A DNA stretch of 63,078 bases, filler included, from Stramenopiles sp. TOSAG23-6 (Eukaryota), in NCBI GenBank assembly GCA_900128565.1. It is 23 parts of 23 records of this genome, joined end to end, with 100 filler letters (N's around TTAATTAATTAA, not from the genome) between each part and the next. Parts side by side here need not be neighbours in the genome. Positions count along the whole stretch, not along the records: positions 1 to 2,661 come from LT637888.1; positions 2,762 to 5,422 come from LT637889.1; positions 5,523 to 8,183 come from LT637890.1; positions 8,284 to 10,942 come from LT637892.1; positions 11,043 to 13,701 come from LT637893.1; 18 more parts are not named here. One strand, written 5' to 3'. Position 1 is the stretch's first letter. Each line of letters opens with the position of its first letter. Both the position numbers and the translations under genes were made by a program. Positions 1 through 11,095 of the stretch are shown piece after piece. The notes beneath the pieces were generated by a model that was not told the DNA's origin, searched no databases, and saw nothing but the letters and a program-made list of their open reading frames with translations.

Positions 1-29
1 GAAAAAAAACAAAAAATATAAAATAATAT

Positions 30-1193
30 TTATTTGAATCTATTGCTAGATTTCAAACTATAAAGTTTGTTAGTAAGTCTTTGTGTTAAATCTGCCTCAT
101 TTTTAAGAAGATCTTCAAAAAAACCACTACTTCTACATGCAGTCAGGAGTAATGGAATATAATTACTAATTTTTCTTGCACTAGGTGATACATGTCCATT
201 TGTACTTTTAATATTGTTCTTTTCATAGAAATCTTCGATAAATCTTGCTTGATTAGCAGTCCATCTTTCATATGGCCCTCTTTTTAGTGTTTTTCGTGTT
301 TTCTTATCTGTACCAACTGCCCTCACTCGGTCGGGTGCCTTCCTTTTTAATGTCGAAGAAGCTGAAGCGTCAACCTTAAAACGTCCAGATAGAGGACCGC
401 CGAAAGTAGAACTCCCACTTTCTTGACCATCACTAACAAACTCCCTCTTTCCACCAGCAATTTCCGCTGGTTCTACATCTGCTTCTGCCGATGCTTTTGC
501 TAGAGCTTGAATTATTACTGCTGGTTTTGGTTTTGGTTTTGCTTCTGCTTTTGCTTGAATTATTGCTGCTGCTTTTGCTTGAGCTTGAATTATTGCTGCT
601 ACTTTTGCTTTTGCTTCATGTGTTAAAGAAGACGCTTCACCTGTAACACTATTATGTGCACCCTGCTTTCCCTTAAAAATACCTGTTTCTGAGAGAGACC
701 CTGTTATTCTAGCAATCAAAACTTTAGCATGCAATTTCAACATATCCAAATCTTTACCATTTGCAAAGCCTTCCACAAGGTCGTCAAGTTCGTCTTCTGA
801 AGATTCTGAGGATGAACTATCAGAATCTATTGCACCATCATCACCTGTAGCGTTTTTCAATTCTGACGGTAGAGAACGCGGGTTTTCATTAATAATTTCG
901 TGATAAATATCTTCATTATTAGACTCTAAAGAAGTATCGGAAGTATCATCCTTCAAAATATCATGCCTCAAAATATCATTTTTTTCTGTAAAAATTGTAT
1001 TCCTCTCCAATTCCCATGGAAACTTCTGAATTGTATCCCTCTCGAAATCCCATGGAAACTCCTGAACCGCATCGGGGAACTCCCGGAACTCTGACTTCCA
1101 AATCTTATCCGCACTGGGTAAATTAGTCGCGAGATTACACGTTAATCCCAAATCGAGGCATGAAAGAATTGTAAATAAATAAATAAAATTCAT
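30..1193 (-). CDS. Hypothetical protein with hydrophobic N-terminus, acidic and Ala/Lys/Gln-rich middle, and possible Myb/SANT-like C-terminus (copy 1)
   Basis: Long intronless ORF, first ATG at 1193. C-terminal RGPYERWTANQARFI resembles the start of a Myb-like helix-turn-helix. Confidence 0.55.
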   Translation of the reverse strand: MNFIYLFTILSCLDLGLTCNLATNLPSADKIWKSEFREFPDAVQEFPWDFERDTIQKFPWELERNTIFTEKNDILRHDILKDDTSDTSLESNNEDIYHEIINENPRSLPSELKNATGDDGAIDSDSSSSESSEDELDDLVEGFANGKDLDMLKLHAKVLIARITGSLSETGIFKGKQGAHNSVTGEASSLTHEAKAKVAAIIQAQAKAAAIIQAKAEAKPKPKPAVIIQALAKASAEADVEPAEIAGGKREFVSDGQESGSSTFGGPLSGRFKVDASASSTLKRKAPDRVRAVGTDKKTRKTLKRGPYERWTANQARFIEDFYEKNNIKSTNGHVSPSARKISNYIPLLLTACRSSGFFEDLLKNEADLTQRLTNKLYSLKSSNRFK

Positions 1194-1444
1194 CTGTATT
1201 AAGCCTTGTATGGTGTTCGCCAACTTTTACGTATTCGATACGCTTAATTAGCTTGGTACAGCTAATGGGTACCGGTAATTAAAAGCTCGCTGCGCTGGCT
1301 CGATCTCATCTCAGATTCTCGACTGCTCGATTTTTTGATCAGATCGGTCATTTAAAACATCAAAAACATCACCGATTGCATTGTGCCGCTGCGCAGGCTT
1401 TCACATTTTATTTATGAATGATAAATAATTAATATTTTTTGCAA

Positions 1445-2095
1445 ATGTCAGATGGATACGACTACGATGCTCTTGTGAATGGAAACGCTATTGACCAGCA
1501 GCAATTGAATTCAAATGTATTAGAACTTAAAGTTGCACTTCTAAATGAGAAGCTTTGTCCTGAAATATTACAGTACAAAGATGAGCTCGTAGACGATATC
1601 AAGAAACAACTTGAGCTACAGCAAGACCTCATCATTCAAGGCGGCGGCCCGAATAATTTTTCAATTGCTATATATCAGATGGAGATTGATCGAATTCGTT
1701 TTATGCTTACCTCTTATTTGCGTGTGCGTTTGCTGAAGCTTGAAAAGTATGTGTTCTATATAATGGCAACCGCCGATTTCCACAACAGGTTATCACCAGG
1801 AGAGTTTGAATATGCAAAGCAGCACCTCAACAATATTGGATCACATTTCAATGATTTAGTTTTAAACCATTTACCGGATAAGTTTAAGGGATTGGACGAG
1901 ACTAAAACCCAGTTGGCAAAACCTCCTTTGAATGAATTCGTGTTTTGCCGAGTTAAGAAAGACATTGGTGATGTAGACGTTGGTGACTTAGACCTTGCAG
2001 GGGGGCATGTCGACCTTGAAAAAGATGATGCTTATCTACTGCGATATATAGCAATTCAAACACAGTTATACGAAGGAAAAGTTGATCTTATTTAA
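1445..2095 (+). CDS. SLD5: GINS complex subunit Sld5/GINS4 (copy 1)
   Basis: Motifs LLNEKLCPEILQY, IYQMEIDRIRFMLTSYLRVRLLKLEKY, PPLNEFVFCRV and YLLRY...GKVDLI are typical of Sld5. Confidence 0.93.
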   Translation: MSDGYDYDALVNGNAIDQQQLNSNVLELKVALLNEKLCPEILQYKDELVDDIKKQLELQQDLIIQGGGPNNFSIAIYQMEIDRIRFMLTSYLRVRLLKLEKYVFYIMATADFHNRLSPGEFEYAKQHLNNIGSHFNDLVLNHLPDKFKGLDETKTQLAKPPLNEFVFCRVKKDIGDVDVGDLDLAGGHVDLEKDDAYLLRYIAIQTQLYEGKVDLI

Positions 2096-2123
2096 AAAAT
2101 TTATTTCATGGAGTTACAATATT

Positions 2124-2522
2124 TTAAGAACTTTTTTTTTTTTTTTTACGGTTTGCGTTCTCAGTCGCCCACTTTTGTTGTTGTTTCCATATCGCTTCTT
2201 GATACATTCTCTGATATTCTACATCATCAAACCCAATCAATGATTCTAAAGATGGACCCATAAAGTATAAGTATAACGAAGCTCCTGCCAACACGGTTAC
2301 TATATGAATTTGGTACAAATAAACTCTGCAAAACATTGTTGTTACCAGTGCTAAAAAAACAAGAAATGTGCGTAATAGCATTGTTCCATTTACACCAATG
2401 TCATTAGACAAGCCATTTGATCCATATATACCTCTACTATTTTTCATTTTCGATGAATCTCGATATACAGCTACGCACCAATCGCACCACTCATTTTTCA
2501 TTTCAAAATAACTTGGACAGTT
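2124..2522 (-). CDS. Terminal exon of a small membrane protein with two hydrophobic segments (copy 1)
   Basis: ORF preceded on the minus strand by a family intron 3' end, TACCTAAC...TTTCACAATACGT. Confidence 0.55.
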   Translation of the reverse strand, partial: NCPSYFEMKNEWCDWCVAVYRDSSKMKNSRGIYGSNGLSNDIGVNGTMLLRTFLVFLALVTTMFCRVYLYQIHIVTVLAGASLYLYFMGPSLESLIGFDDVEYQRMYQEAIWKQQQKWATENANRKKKKKSS

Positions 2523-2606
2523 ACGTATTGTGAAATATAGTTCACGTTTGAAATTCGTTAGGTACACAATGTTTTAGGAAAAACAATTTGAACAATAATA
2601 CATCTG

Positions 2607-2661
2607 AATAAATTTGAACAATAAATTTGAACAATAAATTTGAACAATAAATTTGAACAAT
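2607..2661. repeat. 13-nt tandem repeat AATAAATTTGAAC (x4+) at contig end, inside an intron
   Basis: Directly visible; also present in the two duplicate contigs. Confidence 0.85.
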
Positions 2662-2790
2662 NNNNNNNNNNNNNNNNNNNNNNNNNNNNNNNNNNNNNNN
2701 NNNNNTTAATTAATTAANNNNNNNNNNNNNNNNNNNNNNNNNNNNNNNNNNNNNNNNNNNNGAAAAAAAACAAAAAATATAAAATAATAT

Positions 2791-3954
2791 TTATTTGAAT
2801 CTATTGCTAGATTTCAAACTATAAAGTTTGTTAGTAAGTCTTTGTGTTAAATCTGCCTCATTTTTAAGAAGATCTTCAAAAAAACCACTACTTCTACATG
2901 CAGTCAGGAGTAATGGAATATAATTACTAATTTTTCTTGCACTAGGTGATACATGTCCATTTGTACTTTTAATATTGTTCTTTTCATAGAAATCTTCGAT
3001 AAATCTTGCTTGATTAGCAGTCCATCTTTCATATGGCCCTCTTTTTAGTGTTTTTCGTGTTTTCTTATCTGTACCAACTGCCCTCACTCGGTCGGGTGCC
3101 TTCCTTTTTAATGTCGAAGAAGCTGAAGCGTCAACCTTAAAACGTCCAGATAGAGGACCGCCGAAAGTAGAACTCCCACTTTCTTGACCATCACTAACAA
3201 ACTCCCTCTTTCCACCAGCAATTTCCGCTGGTTCTACATCTGCTTCTGCCGATGCTTTTGCTAGAGCTTGAATTATTACTGCTGGTTTTGGTTTTGGTTT
3301 TGCTTCTGCTTTTGCTTGAATTATTGCTGCTGCTTTTGCTTGAGCTTGAATTATTGCTGCTACTTTTGCTTTTGCTTCATGTGTTAAAGAAGACGCTTCA
3401 CCTGTAACACTATTATGTGCACCCTGCTTTCCCTTAAAAATACCTGTTTCTGAGAGAGACCCTGTTATTCTAGCAATCAAAACTTTAGCATGCAATTTCA
3501 ACATATCCAAATCTTTACCATTTGCAAAGCCTTCCACAAGGTCGTCAAGTTCGTCTTCTGAAGATTCTGAGGATGAACTATCAGAATCTATTGCACCATC
3601 ATCACCTGTAGCGTTTTTCAATTCTGACGGTAGAGAACGCGGGTTTTCATTAATAATTTCGTGATAAATATCTTCATTATTAGACTCTAAAGAAGTATCG
3701 GAAGTATCATCCTTCAAAATATCATGCCTCAAAATATCATTTTTTTCTGTAAAAATTGTATTCCTCTCCAATTCCCATGGAAACTTCTGAATTGTATCCC
3801 TCTCGAAATCCCATGGAAACTCCTGAACCGCATCGGGGAACTCCCGGAACTCTGACTTCCAAATCTTATCCGCACTGGGTAAATTAGTCGCGAGATTACA
3901 CGTTAATCCCAAATCGAGGCATGAAAGAATTGTAAATAAATAAATAAAATTCAT
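2791..3954 (-). CDS. Hypothetical protein (duplicate copy 2)
   Basis: Identical to 30-1193. Confidence 0.55.
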   Translation of the reverse strand: MNFIYLFTILSCLDLGLTCNLATNLPSADKIWKSEFREFPDAVQEFPWDFERDTIQKFPWELERNTIFTEKNDILRHDILKDDTSDTSLESNNEDIYHEIINENPRSLPSELKNATGDDGAIDSDSSSSESSEDELDDLVEGFANGKDLDMLKLHAKVLIARITGSLSETGIFKGKQGAHNSVTGEASSLTHEAKAKVAAIIQAQAKAAAIIQAKAEAKPKPKPAVIIQALAKASAEADVEPAEIAGGKREFVSDGQESGSSTFGGPLSGRFKVDASASSTLKRKAPDRVRAVGTDKKTRKTLKRGPYERWTANQARFIEDFYEKNNIKSTNGHVSPSARKISNYIPLLLTACRSSGFFEDLLKNEADLTQRLTNKLYSLKSSNRFK

Positions 3955-4205
3955 CTGTATTAAGCCTTGTATGGTGTTCGCCAACTTTTACGTATTCGAT
4001 ACGCTTAATTAGCTTGGTACAGCTAATGGGTACCGGTAATTAAAAGCTCGCTGCGCTGGCTCGATCTCATCTCAGATTCTCGACTGCTCGATTTTTTGAT
4101 CAGATCGGTCATTTAAAACATCAAAAACATCACCGATTGCATTGTGCCGCTGCGCAGGCTTTCACATTTTATTTATGAATGATAAATAATTAATATTTTT
4201 TGCAA

Positions 4206-4856
4206 ATGTCAGATGGATACGACTACGATGCTCTTGTGAATGGAAACGCTATTGACCAGCAGCAATTGAATTCAAATGTATTAGAACTTAAAGTTGCACT
4301 TCTAAATGAGAAGCTTTGTCCTGAAATATTACAGTACAAAGATGAGCTCGTAGACGATATCAAGAAACAACTTGAGCTACAGCAAGACCTCATCATTCAA
4401 GGCGGCGGCCCGAATAATTTTTCAATTGCTATATATCAGATGGAGATTGATCGAATTCGTTTTATGCTTACCTCTTATTTGCGTGTGCGTTTGCTGAAGC
4501 TTGAAAAGTATGTGTTCTATATAATGGCAACCGCCGATTTCCACAACAGGTTATCACCAGGAGAGTTTGAATATGCAAAGCAGCACCTCAACAATATTGG
4601 ATCACATTTCAATGATTTAGTTTTAAACCATTTACCGGATAAGTTTAAGGGATTGGACGAGACTAAAACCCAGTTGGCAAAACCTCCTTTGAATGAATTC
4701 GTGTTTTGCCGAGTTAAGAAAGACATTGGTGATGTAGACGTTGGTGACTTAGACCTTGCAGGGGGGCATGTCGACCTTGAAAAAGATGATGCTTATCTAC
4801 TGCGATATATAGCAATTCAAACACAGTTATACGAAGGAAAAGTTGATCTTATTTAA
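4206..4856 (+). CDS. SLD5: GINS complex subunit Sld5 (duplicate copy 2)
   Basis: Identical to 1445-2095. Confidence 0.93.
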   Translation: MSDGYDYDALVNGNAIDQQQLNSNVLELKVALLNEKLCPEILQYKDELVDDIKKQLELQQDLIIQGGGPNNFSIAIYQMEIDRIRFMLTSYLRVRLLKLEKYVFYIMATADFHNRLSPGEFEYAKQHLNNIGSHFNDLVLNHLPDKFKGLDETKTQLAKPPLNEFVFCRVKKDIGDVDVGDLDLAGGHVDLEKDDAYLLRYIAIQTQLYEGKVDLI

Positions 4857-4884
4857 AAAATTTATTTCATGGAGTTACAATATT

Positions 4885-5283
4885 TTAAGAACTTTTTTTT
4901 TTTTTTTTACGGTTTGCGTTCTCAGTCGCCCACTTTTGTTGTTGTTTCCATATCGCTTCTTGATACATTCTCTGATATTCTACATCATCAAACCCAATCA
5001 ATGATTCTAAAGATGGACCCATAAAGTATAAGTATAACGAAGCTCCTGCCAACACGGTTACTATATGAATTTGGTACAAATAAACTCTGCAAAACATTGT
5101 TGTTACCAGTGCTAAAAAAACAAGAAATGTGCGTAATAGCATTGTTCCATTTACACCAATGTCATTAGACAAGCCATTTGATCCATATATACCTCTACTA
5201 TTTTTCATTTTCGATGAATCTCGATATACAGCTACGCACCAATCGCACCACTCATTTTTCATTTCAAAATAACTTGGACAGTT
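4885..5283 (-). CDS. Terminal exon of small membrane protein (duplicate copy 2)
   Basis: Identical to 2124-2522. Confidence 0.55.
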   Translation of the reverse strand, partial: NCPSYFEMKNEWCDWCVAVYRDSSKMKNSRGIYGSNGLSNDIGVNGTMLLRTFLVFLALVTTMFCRVYLYQIHIVTVLAGASLYLYFMGPSLESLIGFDDVEYQRMYQEAIWKQQQKWATENANRKKKKKSS

Positions 5284-5551
5284 ACGTATTGTGAAATATA
5301 GTTCACGTTTGAAATTCGTTAGGTACACAATGTTTTAGGAAAAACAATTTGAACAATAATACATCTGAATAAATTTGAACAATAAATTTGAACAATAAAT
5401 TTGAACAATAAATTTGAACAATNNNNNNNNNNNNNNNNNNNNNNNNNNNNNNNNNNNNNNNNNNNNTTAATTAATTAANNNNNNNNNNNNNNNNNNNNNN
5501 NNNNNNNNNNNNNNNNNNNNNNGAAAAAAAACAAAAAATATAAAATAATAT

Positions 5552-6715
5552 TTATTTGAATCTATTGCTAGATTTCAAACTATAAAGTTTGTTAGTAAGT
5601 CTTTGTGTTAAATCTGCCTCATTTTTAAGAAGATCTTCAAAAAAACCACTACTTCTACATGCAGTCAGGAGTAATGGAATATAATTACTAATTTTTCTTG
5701 CACTAGGTGATACATGTCCATTTGTACTTTTAATATTGTTCTTTTCATAGAAATCTTCGATAAATCTTGCTTGATTAGCAGTCCATCTTTCATATGGCCC
5801 TCTTTTTAGTGTTTTTCGTGTTTTCTTATCTGTACCAACTGCCCTCACTCGGTCGGGTGCCTTCCTTTTTAATGTCGAAGAAGCTGAAGCGTCAACCTTA
5901 AAACGTCCAGATAGAGGACCGCCGAAAGTAGAACTCCCACTTTCTTGACCATCACTAACAAACTCCCTCTTTCCACCAGCAATTTCCGCTGGTTCTACAT
6001 CTGCTTCTGCCGATGCTTTTGCTAGAGCTTGAATTATTACTGCTGGTTTTGGTTTTGGTTTTGCTTCTGCTTTTGCTTGAATTATTGCTGCTGCTTTTGC
6101 TTGAGCTTGAATTATTGCTGCTACTTTTGCTTTTGCTTCATGTGTTAAAGAAGACGCTTCACCTGTAACACTATTATGTGCACCCTGCTTTCCCTTAAAA
6201 ATACCTGTTTCTGAGAGAGACCCTGTTATTCTAGCAATCAAAACTTTAGCATGCAATTTCAACATATCCAAATCTTTACCATTTGCAAAGCCTTCCACAA
6301 GGTCGTCAAGTTCGTCTTCTGAAGATTCTGAGGATGAACTATCAGAATCTATTGCACCATCATCACCTGTAGCGTTTTTCAATTCTGACGGTAGAGAACG
6401 CGGGTTTTCATTAATAATTTCGTGATAAATATCTTCATTATTAGACTCTAAAGAAGTATCGGAAGTATCATCCTTCAAAATATCATGCCTCAAAATATCA
6501 TTTTTTTCTGTAAAAATTGTATTCCTCTCCAATTCCCATGGAAACTTCTGAATTGTATCCCTCTCGAAATCCCATGGAAACTCCTGAACCGCATCGGGGA
6601 ACTCCCGGAACTCTGACTTCCAAATCTTATCCGCACTGGGTAAATTAGTCGCGAGATTACACGTTAATCCCAAATCGAGGCATGAAAGAATTGTAAATAA
6701 ATAAATAAAATTCAT
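5552..6715 (-). CDS. Hypothetical protein (duplicate copy 3)
   Basis: Identical to 30-1193. Confidence 0.55.
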   Translation of the reverse strand: MNFIYLFTILSCLDLGLTCNLATNLPSADKIWKSEFREFPDAVQEFPWDFERDTIQKFPWELERNTIFTEKNDILRHDILKDDTSDTSLESNNEDIYHEIINENPRSLPSELKNATGDDGAIDSDSSSSESSEDELDDLVEGFANGKDLDMLKLHAKVLIARITGSLSETGIFKGKQGAHNSVTGEASSLTHEAKAKVAAIIQAQAKAAAIIQAKAEAKPKPKPAVIIQALAKASAEADVEPAEIAGGKREFVSDGQESGSSTFGGPLSGRFKVDASASSTLKRKAPDRVRAVGTDKKTRKTLKRGPYERWTANQARFIEDFYEKNNIKSTNGHVSPSARKISNYIPLLLTACRSSGFFEDLLKNEADLTQRLTNKLYSLKSSNRFK

Positions 6716-6966
6716 CTGTATTAAGCCTTGTATGGTGTTCGCCAACTTTTACGTATTCGATACGCTTAATTAGCTTGGTACAGCTAATGGGTACCGGTAA
6801 TTAAAAGCTCGCTGCGCTGGCTCGATCTCATCTCAGATTCTCGACTGCTCGATTTTTTGATCAGATCGGTCATTTAAAACATCAAAAACATCACCGATTG
6901 CATTGTGCCGCTGCGCAGGCTTTCACATTTTATTTATGAATGATAAATAATTAATATTTTTTGCAA

Positions 6967-7617
6967 ATGTCAGATGGATACGACTACGATGCTCTTGTGA
7001 ATGGAAACGCTATTGACCAGCAGCAATTGAATTCAAATGTATTAGAACTTAAAGTTGCACTTCTAAATGAGAAGCTTTGTCCTGAAATATTACAGTACAA
7101 AGATGAGCTCGTAGACGATATCAAGAAACAACTTGAGCTACAGCAAGACCTCATCATTCAAGGCGGCGGCCCGAATAATTTTTCAATTGCTATATATCAG
7201 ATGGAGATTGATCGAATTCGTTTTATGCTTACCTCTTATTTGCGTGTGCGTTTGCTGAAGCTTGAAAAGTATGTGTTCTATATAATGGCAACCGCCGATT
7301 TCCACAACAGGTTATCACCAGGAGAGTTTGAATATGCAAAGCAGCACCTCAACAATATTGGATCACATTTCAATGATTTAGTTTTAAACCATTTACCGGA
7401 TAAGTTTAAGGGATTGGACGAGACTAAAACCCAGTTGGCAAAACCTCCTTTGAATGAATTCGTGTTTTGCCGAGTTAAGAAAGACATTGGTGATGTAGAC
7501 GTTGGTGACTTAGACCTTGCAGGGGGGCATGTCGACCTTGAAAAAGATGATGCTTATCTACTGCGATATATAGCAATTCAAACACAGTTATACGAAGGAA
7601 AAGTTGATCTTATTTAA
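6967..7617 (+). CDS. SLD5: GINS complex subunit Sld5 (duplicate copy 3)
   Basis: Identical to 1445-2095. Confidence 0.93.
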   Translation: MSDGYDYDALVNGNAIDQQQLNSNVLELKVALLNEKLCPEILQYKDELVDDIKKQLELQQDLIIQGGGPNNFSIAIYQMEIDRIRFMLTSYLRVRLLKLEKYVFYIMATADFHNRLSPGEFEYAKQHLNNIGSHFNDLVLNHLPDKFKGLDETKTQLAKPPLNEFVFCRVKKDIGDVDVGDLDLAGGHVDLEKDDAYLLRYIAIQTQLYEGKVDLI

Positions 7618-7645
7618 AAAATTTATTTCATGGAGTTACAATATT

Positions 7646-8044
7646 TTAAGAACTTTTTTTTTTTTTTTTACGGTTTGCGTTCTCAGTCGCCCACTTTTGT
7701 TGTTGTTTCCATATCGCTTCTTGATACATTCTCTGATATTCTACATCATCAAACCCAATCAATGATTCTAAAGATGGACCCATAAAGTATAAGTATAACG
7801 AAGCTCCTGCCAACACGGTTACTATATGAATTTGGTACAAATAAACTCTGCAAAACATTGTTGTTACCAGTGCTAAAAAAACAAGAAATGTGCGTAATAG
7901 CATTGTTCCATTTACACCAATGTCATTAGACAAGCCATTTGATCCATATATACCTCTACTATTTTTCATTTTCGATGAATCTCGATATACAGCTACGCAC
8001 CAATCGCACCACTCATTTTTCATTTCAAAATAACTTGGACAGTT
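7646..8044 (-). CDS. Terminal exon of small membrane protein (duplicate copy 3)
   Basis: Identical to 2124-2522. Confidence 0.55.
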   Translation of the reverse strand, partial: NCPSYFEMKNEWCDWCVAVYRDSSKMKNSRGIYGSNGLSNDIGVNGTMLLRTFLVFLALVTTMFCRVYLYQIHIVTVLAGASLYLYFMGPSLESLIGFDDVEYQRMYQEAIWKQQQKWATENANRKKKKKSS

Positions 8045-8410
8045 ACGTATTGTGAAATATAGTTCACGTTTGAAATTCGTTAGGTACACAATGTTTTAGG
8101 AAAAACAATTTGAACAATAATACATCTGAATAAATTTGAACAATAAATTTGAACAATAAATTTGAACAATAAATTTGAACAATNNNNNNNNNNNNNNNNN
8201 NNNNNNNNNNNNNNNNNNNNNNNNNNNTTAATTAATTAANNNNNNNNNNNNNNNNNNNNNNNNNNNNNNNNNNNNNNNNNNNNAAAAAAAAAACACGAAT
8301 TTTTTTTAGGGAAAAAAAAAAATCGTTAGGTACAAAATTTCGTAGAAAAAAAAAAAAAAAAAAACCAAAAAAAAAATAAATAAATTAATAAATTCATGAT
8401 GAAAACGTAC

Positions 8411-8797
8411 ATGTTCAGGAAAATTATGTTTTTCATGCCATTTTGTCCTATTAAATTTACGCTTTAAAATATTCGCTGTAGGAGGAGTTAATCCATGAGG
8501 GAAATCTACATCTGGGAGACGTTCCTTATCTATATCAAACACAATCATCATTTGACCAATATCACCACTCTTAAAGTATGTTTTTGAGTCTAATGTTTTG
8601 TGTGATTCAATGACACAAGGTAAGTTAACTACTTGGGCGGGGTATATAACACCATCAAACGTAAACTCAGCATCCTTACCACGTTTATCATTGATTTTGT
8701 ATGAAATATTGTTCATTTCACCTGATCTTAACTTATCACGGAGTGTTTCAGCAAGCATAGGGGGGAGGCGAAGAATCATTTGACCTTCATCAGCCAT
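8411..8797 (-). CDS. TAF7: TFIID subunit TAF7 (TAFII55 N-terminal domain), first exon
   Basis: EGQMILRLPP, VNLPCVIESHKTLD, YFKSGDIGQMM, FPHGLTPP. The exon ends at CAT|GTACGT, the donor of a family intron that runs off the contig. Confidence 0.92.
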
Positions 8798-9121
8798 GGT
8801 CTCAACGTGGAACGCAACACAAAGATTAACAACAAAACCTTTTATACAATGACACAGTTCTAGTATAATCAACAAATATATATCTTGTTACATATAATAA
8901 CGAATCAATGCTATGGGAACTATACGAATAGTACTATTTTATATTGATCTTATTGGAACTGTGTAGTAAAGCGTCAATAATTTTCTCGAGAGAGAAAAAA
9001 CATCGCTTTTTCGATTTTCTGACTGAGTCGACTGACATTATCGATAAATATAAATATCATGACAGAACTGTCTCACAACCAACCAAAGATTACATTATTA
9101 GCGACAATATTATAAAGCTAA

Positions 9122-9919
9122 ATGAATCCACCTAAACCAACGTGTTATGAAGAGGATGTCTTTCAAAAGGTGTTTAGTGGGCTAGGTCCTGCCATTGTGA
9201 TTTATAAATATTTATGCTTGAAAGATAGACTTTCCGGGAGAGCTACATCAAACGATCCAACCCGACCTTGGATGGTCGGTGTTGACTGGGGTACAGTAAC
9301 TTGCACCAAGACAGCAGAGCACGGCAATTTAGTATTTCTACAATGGTTGAGGAGTCAAAATCCACCTTGTCCATGGGATGGAGAAACGTGTGATTCGGCA
9401 GCTAGAAAGGGTCACTTAGAAGTATTGAAATGGTTAAGAAGTCAAAATCCACCTTGTCCTTGGAACGAAAATACGTGTCGTCATGCAGCTGGAAATGGTC
9501 ATTTAGAAGTATTACAATGGGTAAGAAGTCAAAATCCACCTTGTCCATGGACTGAAGATACGTGTATTTGGGCTGCTCTATTTGGTCACTTGGAAGTATT
9601 GAAATGGTTAAGAAGTCAAAACCCACCTTGTCCATGGACTGGAAGGTTGTCTTTGTTGGTAGCTCAAAACGGTAACTTGGAAATATTGAAATGGTTAAGA
9701 AGTCAAAATCCACCATGTCCGTGGGATGAATTGACGTGTGCTGCAGCAGCTAAAAAAGGTCACTTAAAAGTATTGAAATGGTTAAGAAGTCAAAATCCAC
9801 CTTGTCCGTGGGATGAAAGGACGTTTCAGCATGCAGATTATTATGCAGCTCATAATGGTCACTTGGAAGTATTACAATGGTTAAAAGAGGTAAAAGCACC
9901 AGGTTATGAATATTATTAA
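9122..9919 (+). CDS. Ankyrin-repeat protein with 26-aa repeats (AAxxGHLEVLKWLRSQNPPCPW)
   Basis: About 7.5 near-identical repeats, also visible as a 78-nt DNA repeat; intronless. Confidence 0.9.
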   Translation: MNPPKPTCYEEDVFQKVFSGLGPAIVIYKYLCLKDRLSGRATSNDPTRPWMVGVDWGTVTCTKTAEHGNLVFLQWLRSQNPPCPWDGETCDSAARKGHLEVLKWLRSQNPPCPWNENTCRHAAGNGHLEVLQWVRSQNPPCPWTEDTCIWAALFGHLEVLKWLRSQNPPCPWTGRLSLLVAQNGNLEILKWLRSQNPPCPWDELTCAAAAKKGHLKVLKWLRSQNPPCPWDERTFQHADYYAAHNGHLEVLQWLKEVKAPGYEYY

Positions 9920-10352
9920 GAAACATTTGAAATACGATTTTTATAATTTTCATTTATGAAAGTTAAAAAATGAAAGTTAAAAAATGTTGATACTTTTCTG
10001 TTTTATTTTTGTTCACTTTTTTTTTATATTTGGTTTTGTGTCTTTGAGTTTGAGCCTATGGCATATAAATAGCCATATATGACATTGTCTTAAAGACCAA
10101 AAGCTATACATTTGCTTACATACATCATTTTAATGTTAGATTACGGTGCACAAGCTCTACAGTCAGATACAAACAAAAACTGAGTAACGAAACAAAACAT
10201 AAATTAATCAGCTTTTGTTGTATAAGTATAAAAATATCCAAAATAACCAAATTAACCAAATTAACCAAAATAAAAAAAACACACAACTACAACTTTAACT
10301 ACAATGTTTCACTTTCGATTTTATTTTATTACTTTCGAATTATTTCGAATCA

Positions 10353-10838
10353 TCACTTCTTATCACGTAAATTAGCCAAACGAGCTTCTAAATCATCAAC
10401 AGCAGGATCACATGCACCACCACCACCACCACCACCACCACCTCCCATGCCAACAGCAACTGGTGCTTGTGGCACATTAACAGCTGGTGCTGCATTCTGA
10501 GTGACTCTTTGCTCTGGAGCATCTGGAATATCCCCTGACATTTGAACACCACTATATTGTTACAATATATGTATATATATATATATTGTTTGTTAGGTAC
10601 AGAATTTTTTATAAAAAAAAAAAAAAAAAAATTGAAAAAAAAATTGAAATTTTTTTTTGTTTTTTGTTAGGTACAAAATTTCGTATGAAAAAAAAAAACA
10701 TACATTTCATCGAGTACTTGAGAGACAACCGCTTCTTCTTCCTCTTCATCGTCCATGTCTCCCATTGCTCCATCAATTGCTTCGCCCATATTTTCACCAA
10801 GCATATCAGATCGTTCATTTTCCATTTCAAATTGTTTC
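10353..10838 (-). CDS. CHMP2: ESCRT-III subunit CHMP2/Vps2, last two exons (10838-10704, 10551-10353)
   Basis: Spliced product KQFEMENERSDMLGENMGEAIDGAMGDMDDEEEEEAVVSQVLDEIGV...DDLEARLANLR matches the CHMP2 C-terminal half with its MIM1 motif. Confidence 0.85.
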
Positions 10839-11095
10839 ATGTAATTTTTTCAGATATTTCAATTTTTTTTTTTTTTTTTTTGTTTGGGAAAAAAATTTTT
10901 TTAAAAAAAAAAAAAAAAAATTTTGGTTTTTTTTTTTTTTTTNNNNNNNNNNNNNNNNNNNNNNNNNNNNNNNNNNNNNNNNNNNNTTAATTAATTAANN
11001 NNNNNNNNNNNNNNNNNNNNNNNNNNNNNNNNNNNNNNNNNNTCGTACGAAAAAAAAATTCGATTTTTTTGTTAAAAAAAAAAAATAAAACATAC

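Larger units (their letters stand above)
1..8183. repeat. Three identical copies of one 2661-bp contig (1-2661, 2762-5422, 5523-8183)
   Basis: Same sequence and ORFs at offsets +2761 and +5522, each bounded by linkers. Redundant contigs rather than a tandem array. Confidence 0.95.

Noticed and set aside
2706-2717. Recurring TTAATTAATTAA motif
   Set aside because: Synthetic six-frame stop linker embedded in N runs.
1-8183. Tandem triplication of an SLD5 locus
   Set aside because: The copies are identical, equal in length and separated by artificial linkers, so they are redundant contigs.
10586-10998. Many short ORFs sharing peptides such as FFVRNFVPN, SYEILYLT, LGTKFRTK and MKYFSKIH
   Set aside because: They are translations of the intron cassette in various frames, not a protein family.
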